Assembly (NCBI RefSeq): GCF_009914755.1
Contig: NC_060933.1
Origin: the human T2T-CHM13v2.0 reference genome, Homo sapiens
DNA length: 64,000 bases
Strand: one strand, 5' to 3'
Shown here: piece by piece, positions 40,895 to 53,794 of the stretch
Position numbering within the stretch: position 1 is the stretch's first letter
Layout of the letters: every line of letters starts with the position of its first letter
Translations under genes and position numbers: made by a program
Notes under the pieces: generated by a model
The model's database searches: none
Told to the model about the DNA's origin: nothing
Seen by the model: only the letters and a program-made list of their open reading frames with translations

Positions 40895-42560
40895 CTATCT
40901 ATTTATCCATTCTTTTACTCATTCACCCATTTATAAAAAATATGTAGAATGCCTACTTTATTCCAGGTACTGCCCTAGAAGATTGTACATGCAGCAGTTA
41001 ACTTAATAATGTCATCCCCTCATGGTTAGTCTCAGGTGGAAGAAGGACGCAATGACACAATTAACAAATCATTATTTCAGTTTGTCATTAAGTGACTTGA
41101 AGGGGAGAGCATGATACTGGGATGTAGTGAGTATAGCAGAGGGTGGGGTTATTTTATCTTGGGTTTTAAGAGAAGGCTTAAGTGACATAATTGTTGTCAT
41201 TACAAGCACAGAGAAGAAAATGAGGAAGTAAGTTATGGAGATAATTGGGGGAAGAGTATTCTAGATAGCTTTTAGAGCATTCTAGAGGTTGGCAAATTAG
41301 AAGGCTTGTGCCTAGAACAAGAGGAGTTTGCTCAAAGAACAAGGTGACCAGTGTTGCTGGGGCTGAGTGAGTGATAGGGAAGGGAGTGGAAGCTGAGGTC
41401 AGAGAAGTAATGATGGAGGGTGGTGGGAGATGACATACAGCTTTATAGACCATTCAAAAGACATTCAGTTTTACAAGAGGAGGACCATTGGAGGGTTGTG
41501 CGTAAAGGCATGACATGATGTAACATGTTTTTTAAAGAACACACTGGCAATTATGTGAAAACTATACTGGAGTGAGAGTTGGGGGAGGCAAGAGAAATCA
41601 GTTAGGAGGGTTGTGATGGTTAATATTGAGTGTCAACTTGATTGGACTGAAGGATGCAAAGTATTGTTCTTGAGTGTGTCTGTGAGGTTGTTGCCAAAAG
41701 AGATTAACATGTGAGTCAGTGGACTAGGAGAGGCAGACTCACCCTCAATGTGGGTGGGCACCATCTAATCAGCTGCCAGCCAGTGTGGCTAGAATAAAGC
41801 AGACAAAAGAAGTTGGAAAGAGCAGACTTGCTGAGTCTTCCTGCCTTCATCTGTCTTTTGTGTTGGATGCTTCCTGGCCTTGAACATCAGACTCCAAGTT
41901 CTTTAGCTTTTGGACTCTTGGACTTACACCAGTGATTTTCCACTGGCTTTTGGGCCTTGGGCCACAGACTGAAGGCTGCACTACTTTTGAGGTTTTGGGA
42001 TTCAGACTGGCATCCTTTCTCTTCAGCTTGCAGATGGCCTACTGTGGGACTTCACCTTGTGATTGTGTGAGTCAATACTCCTTAATAAACTCCCTTTCAT
42101 ATATACATCTATCCTATTAGTTCTGTCCCTCTAGAGAACCCTGACTAATACAAAGCTATTGTAATAAACCAGGTGGAAAATAATAGGGACTCAAATCAGA
42201 GTTGAAGTGATGGATTTGAGGAGAAGATTCTGGATTTATTTTGAAAGTAGAGCCAGTAAAAATTGCTGATGGAGTCCATGTGGTGACTGAAAAAAACAAG
42301 AAGTCAAGTTTGACTCTTAAGCTTTTTGGTCTCAAAAACCTAGAATGATGGACTTGCTGTAACTGAGTAGGGGGAATCTAGGAGAGAAGAGTTGGTGTGT
42401 GGTGAGAAAGCAGTAGTTTCATTTTGAACTTTTAATTATTAGATATTTAATAGACAACCGCATGGAGACAGGGAGTAGATAGTTGGACATAAGAGCATTA
42501 AGTTACACATAGAATTCGGGGTGCAGATGTTACTTTGAGAGATGTCAGTAAATGAACTGC
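40895..42560 (-). mobile_element. L2 (L2a/b) split by MLT2A
   Basis: ttactcattcac...aatgcctacttt.ttccaggtactg; gctgaggtcagagaagta; gattctggatttattttgaaagtagagccag. Confidence 0.82.
41612..42152 (+). mobile_element. MLT2A1-like ERVL solo LTR
   Basis: tgtgatggttaatattgagtgtcaacttgattgg...ctagagaaccctgactaataca. Confidence 0.93.
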
Positions 42561-43196
42561 CTTTATCTAAAATACAAAGAGCTTCTAAAAATAGAAAAAA
42601 AATCAATCATACAATAGACAAATGAGTTAGGGAAACAGTTCAAAGAAAAAAAAGCCAAATAAAAATATAAACTAAAGCTATTAGACTGACAAAACTCCCA
42701 AAATCTGACAACATACAATGCTGGTCGAGCTTTGTAAAAATCAACTTTGTGGAAAAACGTGCTCTGTCTTACATTGCTGGTAGGTATGAAAAATGGTGCA
42801 ATTACTACAGAGGATAATTTGGCAACATCTAGCCAAATTAAATGTGCATTTACCCTTTGACCTAGAAATGCTAATTCCAGTAATGTATTGCAACAATATG
42901 CTCGCAAAAATACTTAACAATATTTGGTCAAAGCTGTTAAATGTAAGACTATTTGTCATAGTAAAAGAGTTGAAACAACTCAAATTTCCATCAATGGCAG
43001 GTTGGTTGAATAAATCACGGTGCATCCATATAATAGAGAACCATGACTGCAAAAAGGAATGAGAAATAACTCTATATACTTCCAAGAGCAATCTTCGTAG
43101 TATATCTTTTAGTGAAAAAGGAAAGGAAGAGACAAATACATAGTATGCCATTATTTTTCTAAGAAAAAAGGTGGTATGGCTATTCATATATATCTG

Positions 43197-43199
<3 letters not shown>

Positions 43200-43235
<36 letters not shown>

Positions 43236-43510
43236 AGACAGAGTTTCGCTCTCTCTCCCAGTCTGGAGTGCAGTGGTGCGATCTCACTGCAAGCTCCGCC
43301 TCCCGTGTTCATGCCATTCTCCTGTCTCAGCCTCCGGAGTAGCTGGGACTACGGGCACCCGCCACCACGCCCGGCTAATTTTTTGTAGTTTTAGTCGAGA
43401 CGGGGTTTCACCGTGTAAGCCAGGATGGTCTCGATCTCCTGACCTTCTGATCTGCCCGCCTCGGCCTCCCAAAGTGCTGGGATTACAGGCGTGAGCCACC
43501 AAGCCCCGCC
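43200..43510 (-). mobile_element. AluY
   Basis: gcaagctccgcctccc...gccattctcc; caccgtgt.agccaggatggtctcgatc; long pure T tract; TSD atctgctt at 43192-43199 and 43511-43518. Confidence 0.95.
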
Positions 43511-43945
43511 ATCTGCTTGTATTTTTTTAAAAAACACCTTGGAGGACAAACCATAAATCTGGTTTTTAAAAGTTGTTTCTAAAGAGAGGTGAGGGTATAG
43601 GATACAAAATAAATAAATGAAAGTTAAGATCTATCTTCACATTTTAATTCATATGGAGGGGATAAGATAAATATTTGATATGTTCCCTTTATTTGGTATT
43701 TTGCTTTGTAGAGTTTACTTTGTGACTATGTTAATATTTACATATTTATCAAACTAAATTTAATAATCTTTAAAATTATCCTCAAGAATAGAAAATAAGG
43801 GGAACATACCAAGTGTTTTTCCTATCTGTCTTAAGTGAACCAATTAGTATTTAGGGAAAGTTTCTCTATGTAGAAAGAAATAAAGAAGATACGATAAAAT
43901 TGGAATATCATTAGTTTGTAGACACTAATGAATTAATGAATCTAA

Positions 43946-44304
<359 letters not shown>

Positions 44305-45000
44305 GACAATATAACTCCTGAAAGAATATACTCCCACCAATGATGTAGTTTCAAGGGGGTAAAGAGATCTGAATCTTACTAAGCCTCTATTCCTAATTAG
44401 CAATTTGTAGAAAACGGAGAAGATAGAAATATATATTAAAAGACACTATTGTTAAGCAATGAACAAAATTCAGACTGTGGGTCAAACACCTGTGTTTCCT
44501 CAGTAAATAAATTGCAAAGAATAAGAAAGAAAAATTAGAGGCAGAACCTAGAGATCAGAAGAGGGAAATATCAATCAGCCTCACTGTGTTGAGTTCATCT
44601 GGATTCAGATACAAGTAATGTGTTAAAGACATTATAAGGTAATTGAAAATTAGAGATGGACCAGTATTTTGGTGCATTAAAGAGTTATTGTTAATTAATG
44701 TTGGGTGTATTAACGGTATTGTGGCATATTTTTTAAATCTTAGAGATATCTACTGAAATATTTGTGTATCAAATGATATGATGTCTGGAATTTGCTTCAA
44801 AATACTACTATTTTGTAGAGGATGGTTGAAATGAGACAGGACTATAAATAATCCAGACTGTTCATGAGTTGATTATTGTTGAAGTGGGTGATGGCCTCAG
44901 AAAGAATTCATTATACTATTCTGTTGATTTTTATAAGTGTTTAAAATTTTCAATAGAAAATATTTAAAAATATATATCCTGTCTCAGATTTTACCTTACT

Positions 45001-45441
45001 TGCAATTAGTAAGTTAGCCTACCATGGTTTCATGGATGCTGACAGAAGATATGAAACTCCTGGGTCAGATACAAAGGACTTTATTACTCTCAGCAGAGCA
45101 AGCAGTATGAGCTTTAGCATATTTTCATTGGTTCCTCCTAAACTCAGATCCCATGGGGTGATGCAGAAGGGCCCAGATAGATGATTATCACGCAGTAGAT
45201 TTGTGTCCTAAGCTAAGGTAGCACAAATCTTTTATAATGAGCCTTTCCAACCTTTGCCCCAGCGGAAAATGTTTTCATTATTTTACTGAACAGTAAAATA
45301 CTTGCCCTTTGCTCCAGAGAAACAAACAATTTCTATCCTCCAAAGCTCCTCACAACCTTGAAAAGTCTGGAAAAGAGAGCCAGCATCTCTGCTCACTAGA
45401 TGTGCAGAAATGCAAAAGATCCATAGAGAATTATCTCCACA
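45001..45441 (-). mobile_element. ERV LTR (MER76-like, family uncertain)
   Basis: gatgctgacagaagat.tga.actcctgggtcaga.acaaaggactttattactc.cagca; tg...ca ends. Confidence 0.5.
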
Positions 45442-45849
45442 AATAATGTATTGGCTGTAACTCTTCAAAACGAATCTGAAACTCAAGAATTGGGTATTAA
45501 AATATATATAACAGGTGAGTTTCATCCATATGTATAATAATATTAAGAATCACTGCGTTTTCCACATTTGGTTTCAAAATTTAACTTGTTCATTCCAAAG
45601 ATACTTTGGGATTTGAAAATTTCTTAATTTGCCATGAAACATTTAAATAATTTATTTTAATGCCTACTCCTTTGTTTTCTTGTTTTCATCAAAAAACATA
45701 ACTTTTGAACTTTATTATAAAGTTAGTTCCACTTTTCTCCTTCCTTGCTTCTTTTGAATCATATTTAAAACATCTCTTACCATTTTTTTGCTTGAGAACA
45801 CTTGCAAATGTTTCTGGAATTTATTTTAATGGACTTGGATTATTACTTT

Positions 45850-45926
45850 CATACAAATGACTTGCCACATGCCACATGCCACATACATGTGCCACATGTA
45901 TGCCACATACAAATGACTTGCCACAT
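45850..45926. repeat. Complex local duplication: 21-bp direct repeats around GCCACAT units and an inverted segment
   Basis: catacaaatgacttgccacat at 45850-45870 and 45906-45926. Confidence 0.9.
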
Positions 45927-46454
45927 CCTAAACATCTCCTTTCTCTTTGGCCAGGAAACAAAGGCAACTATTTTTTTTGTTGTGAACTTACTAATTTTGC
46001 TCCCTGGCACAAATGTATCTTTAGTTTCAATATGCACAAGTGGTTAATTTTGTTTCCTTTTTTTTTTCTCTTCAATAGAAACCAGGCTTTTAAAAATCAT
46101 TTCTTATAGGTTCTATTTTCCTATTTCTTAATTATTATTTTTATTTTTCTGAAATTTCTTATTTTTCTTCCTCTCTTTGGAAGTTGAGAATAAAGATAAA
46201 CATAGTTCCTTAATAATGTTTGCTTAAAGAGCATTTGTTTTTGTCCTTGCAAATATCAAGGCAATACATGTGTGTGAGTGTGTGTGTGTGTGTATGTTTG
46301 TGTTGGAGTACATTCTGGCATTTTTTTCCACAGTCATATGTAAGCCACACATACAGACCCATCTATGTCTCTTTTCATATTTACTTATAAAGGTCTGTAT
46401 TGCCTGGTATTTAATCATACAGACTCTGAAGCTCAATTGTGTTAACTCAAACAT

Positions 46455-46650
46455 AGCCTAATTATTTACTGGCTCTGAGACCTCAGCCATATTACCTTTT
46501 GTAAAACCTCAGTATACTCATCTTTAAAATGAGAGTGATAATAGGTCTTGTGTCCTAAGTTTCTCATTAGGAATATAGGAATTAATGTTTGTAAAGCAAT
46601 TAGAAGAGTGTTGGGCATATTTTTTAAGTACTGTATAAATATTAGCTTTC
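46455..46650 (+). mobile_element. MIR
   Basis: cctcagtatactcatctttaaaatgag..taatag...ttaatgtttgtaaagcaattagaagagtg. Confidence 0.72.
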
Positions 46651-46705
46651 ATCACTGGTTTTCCTTCCTTCCTTCTTTCTTTCCTTCCTTCCTCTCCCCC
46701 AGTGT

Positions 46706-46708
<3 letters not shown>

Positions 46709-46758
<50 letters not shown>
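46709..46758 (+). repeat. (CA)25 microsatellite preceded by (TTCC)n
   Basis: seen directly. Confidence 0.97.
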
Positions 46759-46759
<1 letters not shown>

Positions 46760-46894
46760 GAGCTAAGGTTTCTTCTCAATGATATTAAGAAGTTAAATTA
46801 CAAGACCTTTAAGCTACAAAATATTTGACATATACCAAAGAGCCTTAATAATTAGATTCTTAATAAACAATTACATGTAACATGTTTAAGAGAA

Positions 46895-47150
46895 TAACAA
46901 TAACCATCAAATTTTTGGTATTGACTTTGTCAAAGGCTCTTTGTTGTGCTTTGCACATATTATGTCATTTAATCCTCATAAATAGCCTAAGAAACTGGTA
47001 CTATTTTTTTTTTTTCATTTTGAAATTAAAGAACTTTATTTTCAGCCAGGCTGAGTAACTTAGCCCAGGTTACACAACTGTTTCAGTGTTGCAGCCAGCC
47101 AAGATTTGAAACCAGTTCTAGAAAATTTTAATATCTGCACTCTTTTTAGT
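46895..47150 (-). mobile_element. MIR
   Basis: tcatttaatcctca...gagtaactt.gcccaggttacacaact...gatttgaaaccag. Confidence 0.68.
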
Positions 47151-48029
47151 GATCTATGCTGTCTCCCCAAGTTTAATGAACATAAAATTTTAGAAGCAAA
47201 CATTTTTGTTTCTTGAATATACTCGTCAATTCTGATTCTTTATAAGAACAATAGCATCAAAACTGGATTTTGCCTGGAAACAGAATAATTATTTCAGTGT
47301 TTTGTATGGGCAATACCCACCACTGAGAGGGATAAAGATGTTTGTATTTTATGATATCCATCACTATTCATTGGTGAATTCCATGTTCTTAGGTAATGTT
47401 TTTCATTGTTTAAAATATTCTATTAGCACATTTGAAAACAGATTTAAATTTGACAACAGCCTTAAATTATTGCCATAAGACTAAGGAAAATAACAATAAT
47501 ATCACTAATACACATCAAATGTCTCCTGCCACCCCTAGGCCTCTGTGATTTTTCCCTATGCTGAAACAGTTCTTTTAAGCTAGCTTTTAGTGTCTTCCAG
47601 CTACTCTCTACACATTCCTATTGTTGCCTCCTCACTATTTAGTCAGTCTGTTTATAACTTGTGATTTTAACGCTATTAATTGTATATTACTGCAAAAACA
47701 CTTTGGTCAAATCCATTGAGCAGCCAAGAAAATTAACTTGTTTTAACTGCTAGCTTATTGCATTTTAAAAATACCCTACACAGCCAGTCAATAGAAAGCT
47801 GGGAGAAAAACAGAAGAAGGAGCAAGAAACCCGGCATGTTGAGATAGAAGTATTTTGCACATACAGCCAAGGCCATTCACAGATTTAATGAGTATGTTTT
47901 GATTATCATTTAAGGAACTAATACAGATATGGGTTATTGGACTCAAGACGATTCCTACTGAGAGAACAGTTGGTGTGTCACTCTTGTGTGACACATTTCA
48001 ACCATTACATAGTTTCTATTTTGCAATGT

Positions 48030-48190
48030 GTTAGGTGAAAAAAACAAGGGATTAGGAGTTAGATCTGGGTTTCCTTCTATAGTATGTGACTTGAGGTCAT
48101 TTGAACTCCCGTGCCTTTGGTTTATCACTGTAACTTATGGAATTAGCCTAGAGTTCTCTAAGATTCTATAGATTCTAACTCCTATAACTG
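48030..48190 (+). mobile_element. MIR3-like fragment
   Basis: ggagttagatctgggtt...tgtgacttga.gtcatttgaactcc.gtgcctt.gttt. Confidence 0.55.
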
Positions 48191-49944
48191 TGACCTGTTT
48201 TTTTAGGTCAGGTTAAGAGTAAGATGGTGATTAAAATTTTAATTATAACATGATTACTTATTAAATGAAGTTGAAACGATGCACATCAAATCCCAAAATA
48301 GGCTCTTATGTGAAAGTTCTAACTCGTAGCTTCTCAAGGTGCTCTTATATACCACTATATTCAGTGGTTTCAGATTCTGTTTCAAGATCTTGTTGCAGAG
48401 AATTGACTTTACATCTCTTTAGCTGAACTCATTAACTGAGAGGCGTAAATGCTTTAAAGTATCATTAAGTTAGAAGAGTTGGGAGTGTTGGGGGACTTTG
48501 AGAAGACTTGTGGTTTGGGGACAACAGGAAAGGTTTTTCCATTTGATGCATAGACATCAACGAAAGTTTACACAAAACACAGTGTTACTCTGTTATTCGT
48601 GCACAGTTATTGGTATGTGAAAGTATTCTTTGCTAAATGCAATACATTGTAATTAAATAAAATCACTTCATTTAAAACCGCACTTGAAAAATCAAATGCC
48701 CTGTTTTCCTGGTTTTTTGTTTGTTTGTTTGTTTGTTTTGATAATAGGCAACCATTGGTTAGGTCCGCCTCATTTGGGAATCGGTTATATTTATTACAAT
48801 TTTATAAAGGTATAAATTTTAGTCACTTTGTATTCAAATATACAGACACATTATGCAAAAGGCACAGTTAGCATCAAACAGTGTCCCTGAATAATAAGTT
48901 CACATTCACATGAGACACTTTCATGTGAGATGAAAGTAAGGTGCTAAAGGACACTAAAGAAGAGCTGATTATTCATCCCTTCACAGCATTCCTTTTGATC
49001 AAAATATTTATCTATCATCTCTCTCTCTCTGACAATAAACAAGCAGGAAAAATGCAACCGATTCTGAGGGTCTCCTTATCCCTTGTTCAGCTTTGTTTTT
49101 TGTGTAGTTTTTCTTGTTTGTACTTTTATTTGCTCACTTTTCTAGAATATCTTCATCTTTTTTTTCTTACTGGGCATGATAATAAGAATGATAGCAAATA
49201 TTTGGTGGAACAACAGATAAATGTAAACATGTTCCAGTGCTTAACATCCATCCTCCAACACCCAAACAAGATGGTAACCATGGAAGAATTCTCATTCCCA
49301 AACCAACAGAGTGTTGTCTGCCCCCTACTAACTAAGGAGAAGTGCAAAGTATCCGGGACATTTGTTGATGGACATCAGGCCTGCTCCAGCTGTCAAAAAC
49401 ACAGCTGTTGCGTTTCCCTCTGAGTGATCAGTGCTCCAGATGCCCTCCAGCTAGTGTGTTCCCCGATATGGTCCAGTGGAAAGCTGAAAAAGAGCTGAAC
49501 ACTTGGCTTCTAATAGCAAATGCAAAAACAAATTTCACAACAAATTGCATTTTCAGCATTGCCTGATGCCATACGATTAAACAGGCTGAATTTGTTTTAG
49601 TCCACTAACTCGGAAGACATCATGATGGAACAGTTTCTCTTGGTGACTGTTAAACGTTAAAGCAGTTAAGGGAGGAGGATTTTTTTTTTTTTTTAACTTC
49701 TACTACAAAGCAGGGGGTGGGAGAGGGAAAGCTGATCAAACTTATTAGAGCTTCTCAATGAGGAGAAAGCAAATAAGGCCATTTAATGTCTTTACCAGGG
49801 TAAAACTGACAATGAGACCTCTCTGTGACTTTTTTGTACACATTTGTTTTTTAAACTTTTAGAGAAGATAAAAACGCCAATATTTTTATCTAGCCTTTCT
49901 AATGTTCTTCAAAGCTTTTTGCAAAGATACATTATAAAAATAAT

Positions 49945-50195
49945 ATTCATACGTACATTTACATAGTGCCTACTGTGTGGTTGGCACTATATAAATATAT
50001 TAACTCATGTAGTTGTCTCAGCAAGCCTGTGTGATATGTACTAACAGTATTACTTTTAACAGATGAAGGAATTAAAGCCCAGAGATGTTAAGTAACGTAA
50101 TCGAGATAACACAGTTGTACAATGGAAGAACTAGTATTTGAACGAGCCCTTCTGGGTTCAGAGTCTATGCTCTTAATCATGACATTCTGCTGCCT
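49945..50195 (-). mobile_element. MIR, near full length
   Basis: tgcctactgtgtg..ggcact...acagatgaaggaattaaagcccagaga.gttaagtaac...cagagtctatgctcttaatca. Confidence 0.8.
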
Positions 50196-50519
50196 CTTGA
50201 ACACACACTACTTATATATTTGTTCAAATGCAGTGCTACTGTTTGGCCTACTTTCTTGGAACAATAGTTCCAGTGCAGGATCAGTTTGATGATTCATTTG
50301 TGTGTTAACAAGTTCAAACTACAACCTAGCAAAATTGGTCCATGTGCATTTGTGAAGAAACTTCCTTTAGAAGTCATCTGCTGGTGGGAAATGTTTAAAG
50401 CCTGCTTTCATGTGTCTCTTAATTGACTCAGTTGCAGAAGTCACGCCTGAGAGTAGTTTAACCCAGGTTATGCAATGGAGCAGTTACATACTTGTACTTG
50501 TTCACCGGGAAAGTTATGG

Positions 50520-50670
50520 AGCTACAAGAGAACTGGATTTGCCACTCAGCCACTTACTGAAAATTTCTTCCCTGAGTTCTGGAGAGAAAATAAAAATACC
50601 CTGCCTACCACACAGAATTGCTATAAAAATCAAATGTGATAATTTATATGAAAATATATTACAAAATATA
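50520..50670 (+). mobile_element. MIR fragment
   Basis: aaaataccctgcctaccacacagaattgctataaaaatcaaatg.gataat. Confidence 0.5.
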
Positions 50671-50934
50671 AGGATTACAATGGGTGGAAATTTCCACTGC
50701 TCCATGGGCTAAGCAGAATGGGGGGAGAAAAGGGAAAGACTGAGGCCTCTGTTTTGGCAGGAATTTCCCCTACTGCTGCAGGAACTGGGCACCAGATTGT
50801 GGAGCTGAGGCACAGTGAGGTGGAGTTGGGATGAAGGGAGCAGCTCCTCAGGGGGCTGTACAACCCAGGAGGTTAATCTAATACAACTGGATTAAACCCT
50901 GCTTTACAAGTAACACATGTAGCTGTTCATGACT

Positions 50935-51130
50935 TTCTTCATTCCATCGTACATTGATTCATTGATTCACTGTAGAATGATTCATAAAATCCTCTATGTA
51001 TCAAGAATTGTGCTAGGGAGTCAGAACACCACAACAGTAAAATAGTACAGTATTTACCCTGATGGAGTCAACAGTCTGGTGGAGGAGACAGATTAGTAAA
51101 TGGACAAGTACTGTACACTCTGCTAGATGA
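50935..51130 (-). mobile_element. L2 3' end
   Basis: attcattgattcac...ctctatgtatcaag..ttgtgctaggga...ccctgatggagt..acagtctggtggaggagacag. Confidence 0.6.
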
Positions 51131-51204
51131 GGGGCAAGAAATACCATAAACCATTTTGTGACACCTTCTCCTCTGTGTTGAGTGTCACCTGTATAAACAT
51201 TGGC

Positions 51205-51470
51205 AGTACTTGCTGTGTGGTTCAGAACACACAATCTAGTGTCAGCCTGCCTGATTGGAATTTTGATTCCATTCCTTACTAGCTATGTGACACTGGTATA
51301 GTTACCAACCTTCTAAGTCTCAGTTTAGTCACCTTTTAAATGGGGATTATAATAGGGACTACCTCACAGAGCTGTAAAAATTGCATATGCTTTTGTATGT
51401 ACCTTGACATACATTTTACTCAGTACTGTACAATGCCTGGAATATAGACACAACAAATATTACCTATTAA
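51205..51470 (+). mobile_element. MIR
   Basis: cttactagctatgtgac...ctcagttt..tcacc.ttaaatggggattataat...tacctcacagag. Confidence 0.78.
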
Positions 51471-52359
51471 AATAAGGATGCCAATGCTAGATAGTCACCA
51501 GCTCCCAAATCCTAGCCACTTACCTCTCTCTACCTCAGTTTTCTCCTCTATGATATGGAGCTAGTTATACTACTTGCTTCGCAGGGTTACAGAAAAGAAA
51601 TGGGATAAAATATGTAATCCTGAGCCTAGGAATTTTAAACTTCAAATCCTATGTTGAGCCACCCTTCTGTATGCCCTTTCTTTTTTCTCCTCCCTCTCCA
51701 GCCTCAAAGACTAAGCCTGATTAACTACACAGCCGTCATCTTCCAGGTTCAGAGTGAAGTTAGAGTGAAAGCTCAAGGCAGCTGAGAATAATAAAAACAG
51801 GACTGGGAGAAGTTAAAGCTGGAAATTGTAGGTGTTCTTATAAGTCTTCAGCTTGGGTCTAGAAAGACCAAGCTTGGTATCATTCCTCTGTTTTGTGCCT
51901 TATCTTTCTTTTTCTTCTGATTTTTATTTTAGAATGAAACAACCCTCTCCTCTTTATTGAAATAATATTAGGGTTATTATAGACATTGATATAACGAAAT
52001 ACTTCTTTGTAAAATCTATAACTGTGTTAATATAAAAATAAATAACCTTAAAATAATTTAAAATGGAACAGTTAAATGACTTTTGGTTACCAACATTTAT
52101 TGTTTTTTCTTCTGAATTATTTCTATTTTTTTTCTATTATTTCCCACATTGGGCTTCAGAGGGCATTAGTTCTGCGGGATTTTAAAGAGTAGAGGGCAAA
52201 AAAATTCAAAGAACCAATATGTTTAAGAAATGCCAGTGTTAACATTTTTTTTAATCCTTAAGACTAGTCAGACAACTTATATGCAAATGAGAACTAAGGG
52301 CCCCTTTAGCCAAAGAGATTCCACTGGGAGGCTGTAGGGCTGGCAGTTTAAAGGCCACT

Positions 52360-52545
52360 TGTTCCCTTTGCAACTCTGTCTCTTCCTAATGTTGGGGATC
52401 CTGGATAGGCAAGATGTTTCTCATCTGTAAAATGTGGATGATAATAGAACCTACTTTATAAGGGTCTTGTATAAGAATTAAATGAGTATTTGTAGGGTAC
52501 TTAAGAAGCCTGCGTGGCACCTCATAAGTGTTTTATATGGGCTAC
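52360..52545 (+). mobile_element. MIR
   Basis: tttctcatctgtaaaatg.ggatgataatagaacctact...attaaatgag. Confidence 0.75.
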
Positions 52546-52749
52546 AAATACATAAAATAAGATTCAATATTTCCCAGAGTTGTTACTTTACCAAATCTCT
52601 TTTTAAGGCATATCACTTTGAACTAGTGTTCCTTGGAATAAACCTGAGCAACACTCAAATTCATTATGTCCTCTTCTTTGACACAGCAATTACCTTAGCA
52701 CAACCAGCATCCTCTCATCTGGGAGTATATTGGCTATGTCGGATCCTTT

Positions 52750-53330
52750 ATCCATTCAGGACTCCATCTACACAGCTATCTTCCTAAGACACAAACTTGA
52801 GCATATTATTCCCTTCCTTAAAAAGTTTCTCTGGTTTCTAAGGGCCTGCCAGAATAAAGTCCAGACTTCCTTTTTATATTGAAGGCTTTTCAAAACTTAG
52901 CCCCAGGCAGTCTTGACATAACCTTCCTTGGATCCATTTCTACTCTTTAAAACCTCATCTCCACCAAAATCCCGCCCAGCATTCCAAATTCCTCTTTGCA
53001 TTTGTCCAGTATTATCTTGTCCATATGTTTTCTGATAAAGTATTTCAGAAGCGGCTTCCTTTTTGAAGCCTTCTTGGTCCCCTGCTCTCTTACATAATTA
53101 ATACATAAATTTATTTTTATCTATGGCGTGCAATAGTTCTGTCTTCATGTTGCTAACAAAGCATGTTTTCCATTGTATGACAGTTATGCCGTTCATGTTC
53201 ACTCTGTTTGTTTCTGAGCCCTCTGGGGTCCGAAAATAGAACATATAACTATCTGTTTAAGGAACACCTGATCTTCAGGCTTGGAACACAGCAGCAAATT
53301 AATTAATGTTGCATTGGACTGAATAAAGAA
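52750..53330 (+). mobile_element. L2 3' portion
   Basis: cagaataaagtccagactt...gaagccttcttgg...ggaacacagcag..aattaatgttg..gactgaat. Confidence 0.55.
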
Positions 53331-53794
53331 AATAAAGCATCTTTGGGAATTGCTTCTTTCGTTTTCTAACCATACTGGCTATCCTCAATATTCTCCTCAC
53401 AATGTCAAACTTCTGTCTTGTTTTGGTTTCAATTTTTTCTCTTTATATTTTTCTAATCAAGCCTATGCAACTCATAGATCCGGATTAGATAGGCCTTGAA
53501 TGTTGCTTGATGCTCACTTTACCTTCTTTCTCCCTGTCACACTTCATTTTTAAAAGCCATTTCAATGTTAAAACAAGACTAGTGGCCATTAGATGAAAAT
53601 TTTACGGAGTTTAATCCTGCACCTCTTTTTCTCAGTAACATAAAAGATTTCAGTCTCATTCTGACAAGAAAAATAAAATGAAATGCCTTTCCAATATAAA
53701 TAGGTCTGACAATTTTAGGTACAGAAAGGACACTGGTGTTTTTACTCCTCTGTGGAAGCCTTCTAAGTGAGACAAACGAAAGCTAAGTCCTTTG

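Noticed and set aside
42563-43187. ORFs of 89-148 aa
   Set aside because: Decayed L1M sequence read in sense or antisense.
48941-49423. Longest ORF (160 aa) as a gene
   Set aside because: GTG start, composition typical of AT-rich non-coding DNA, no recognisable domain or exon structure.
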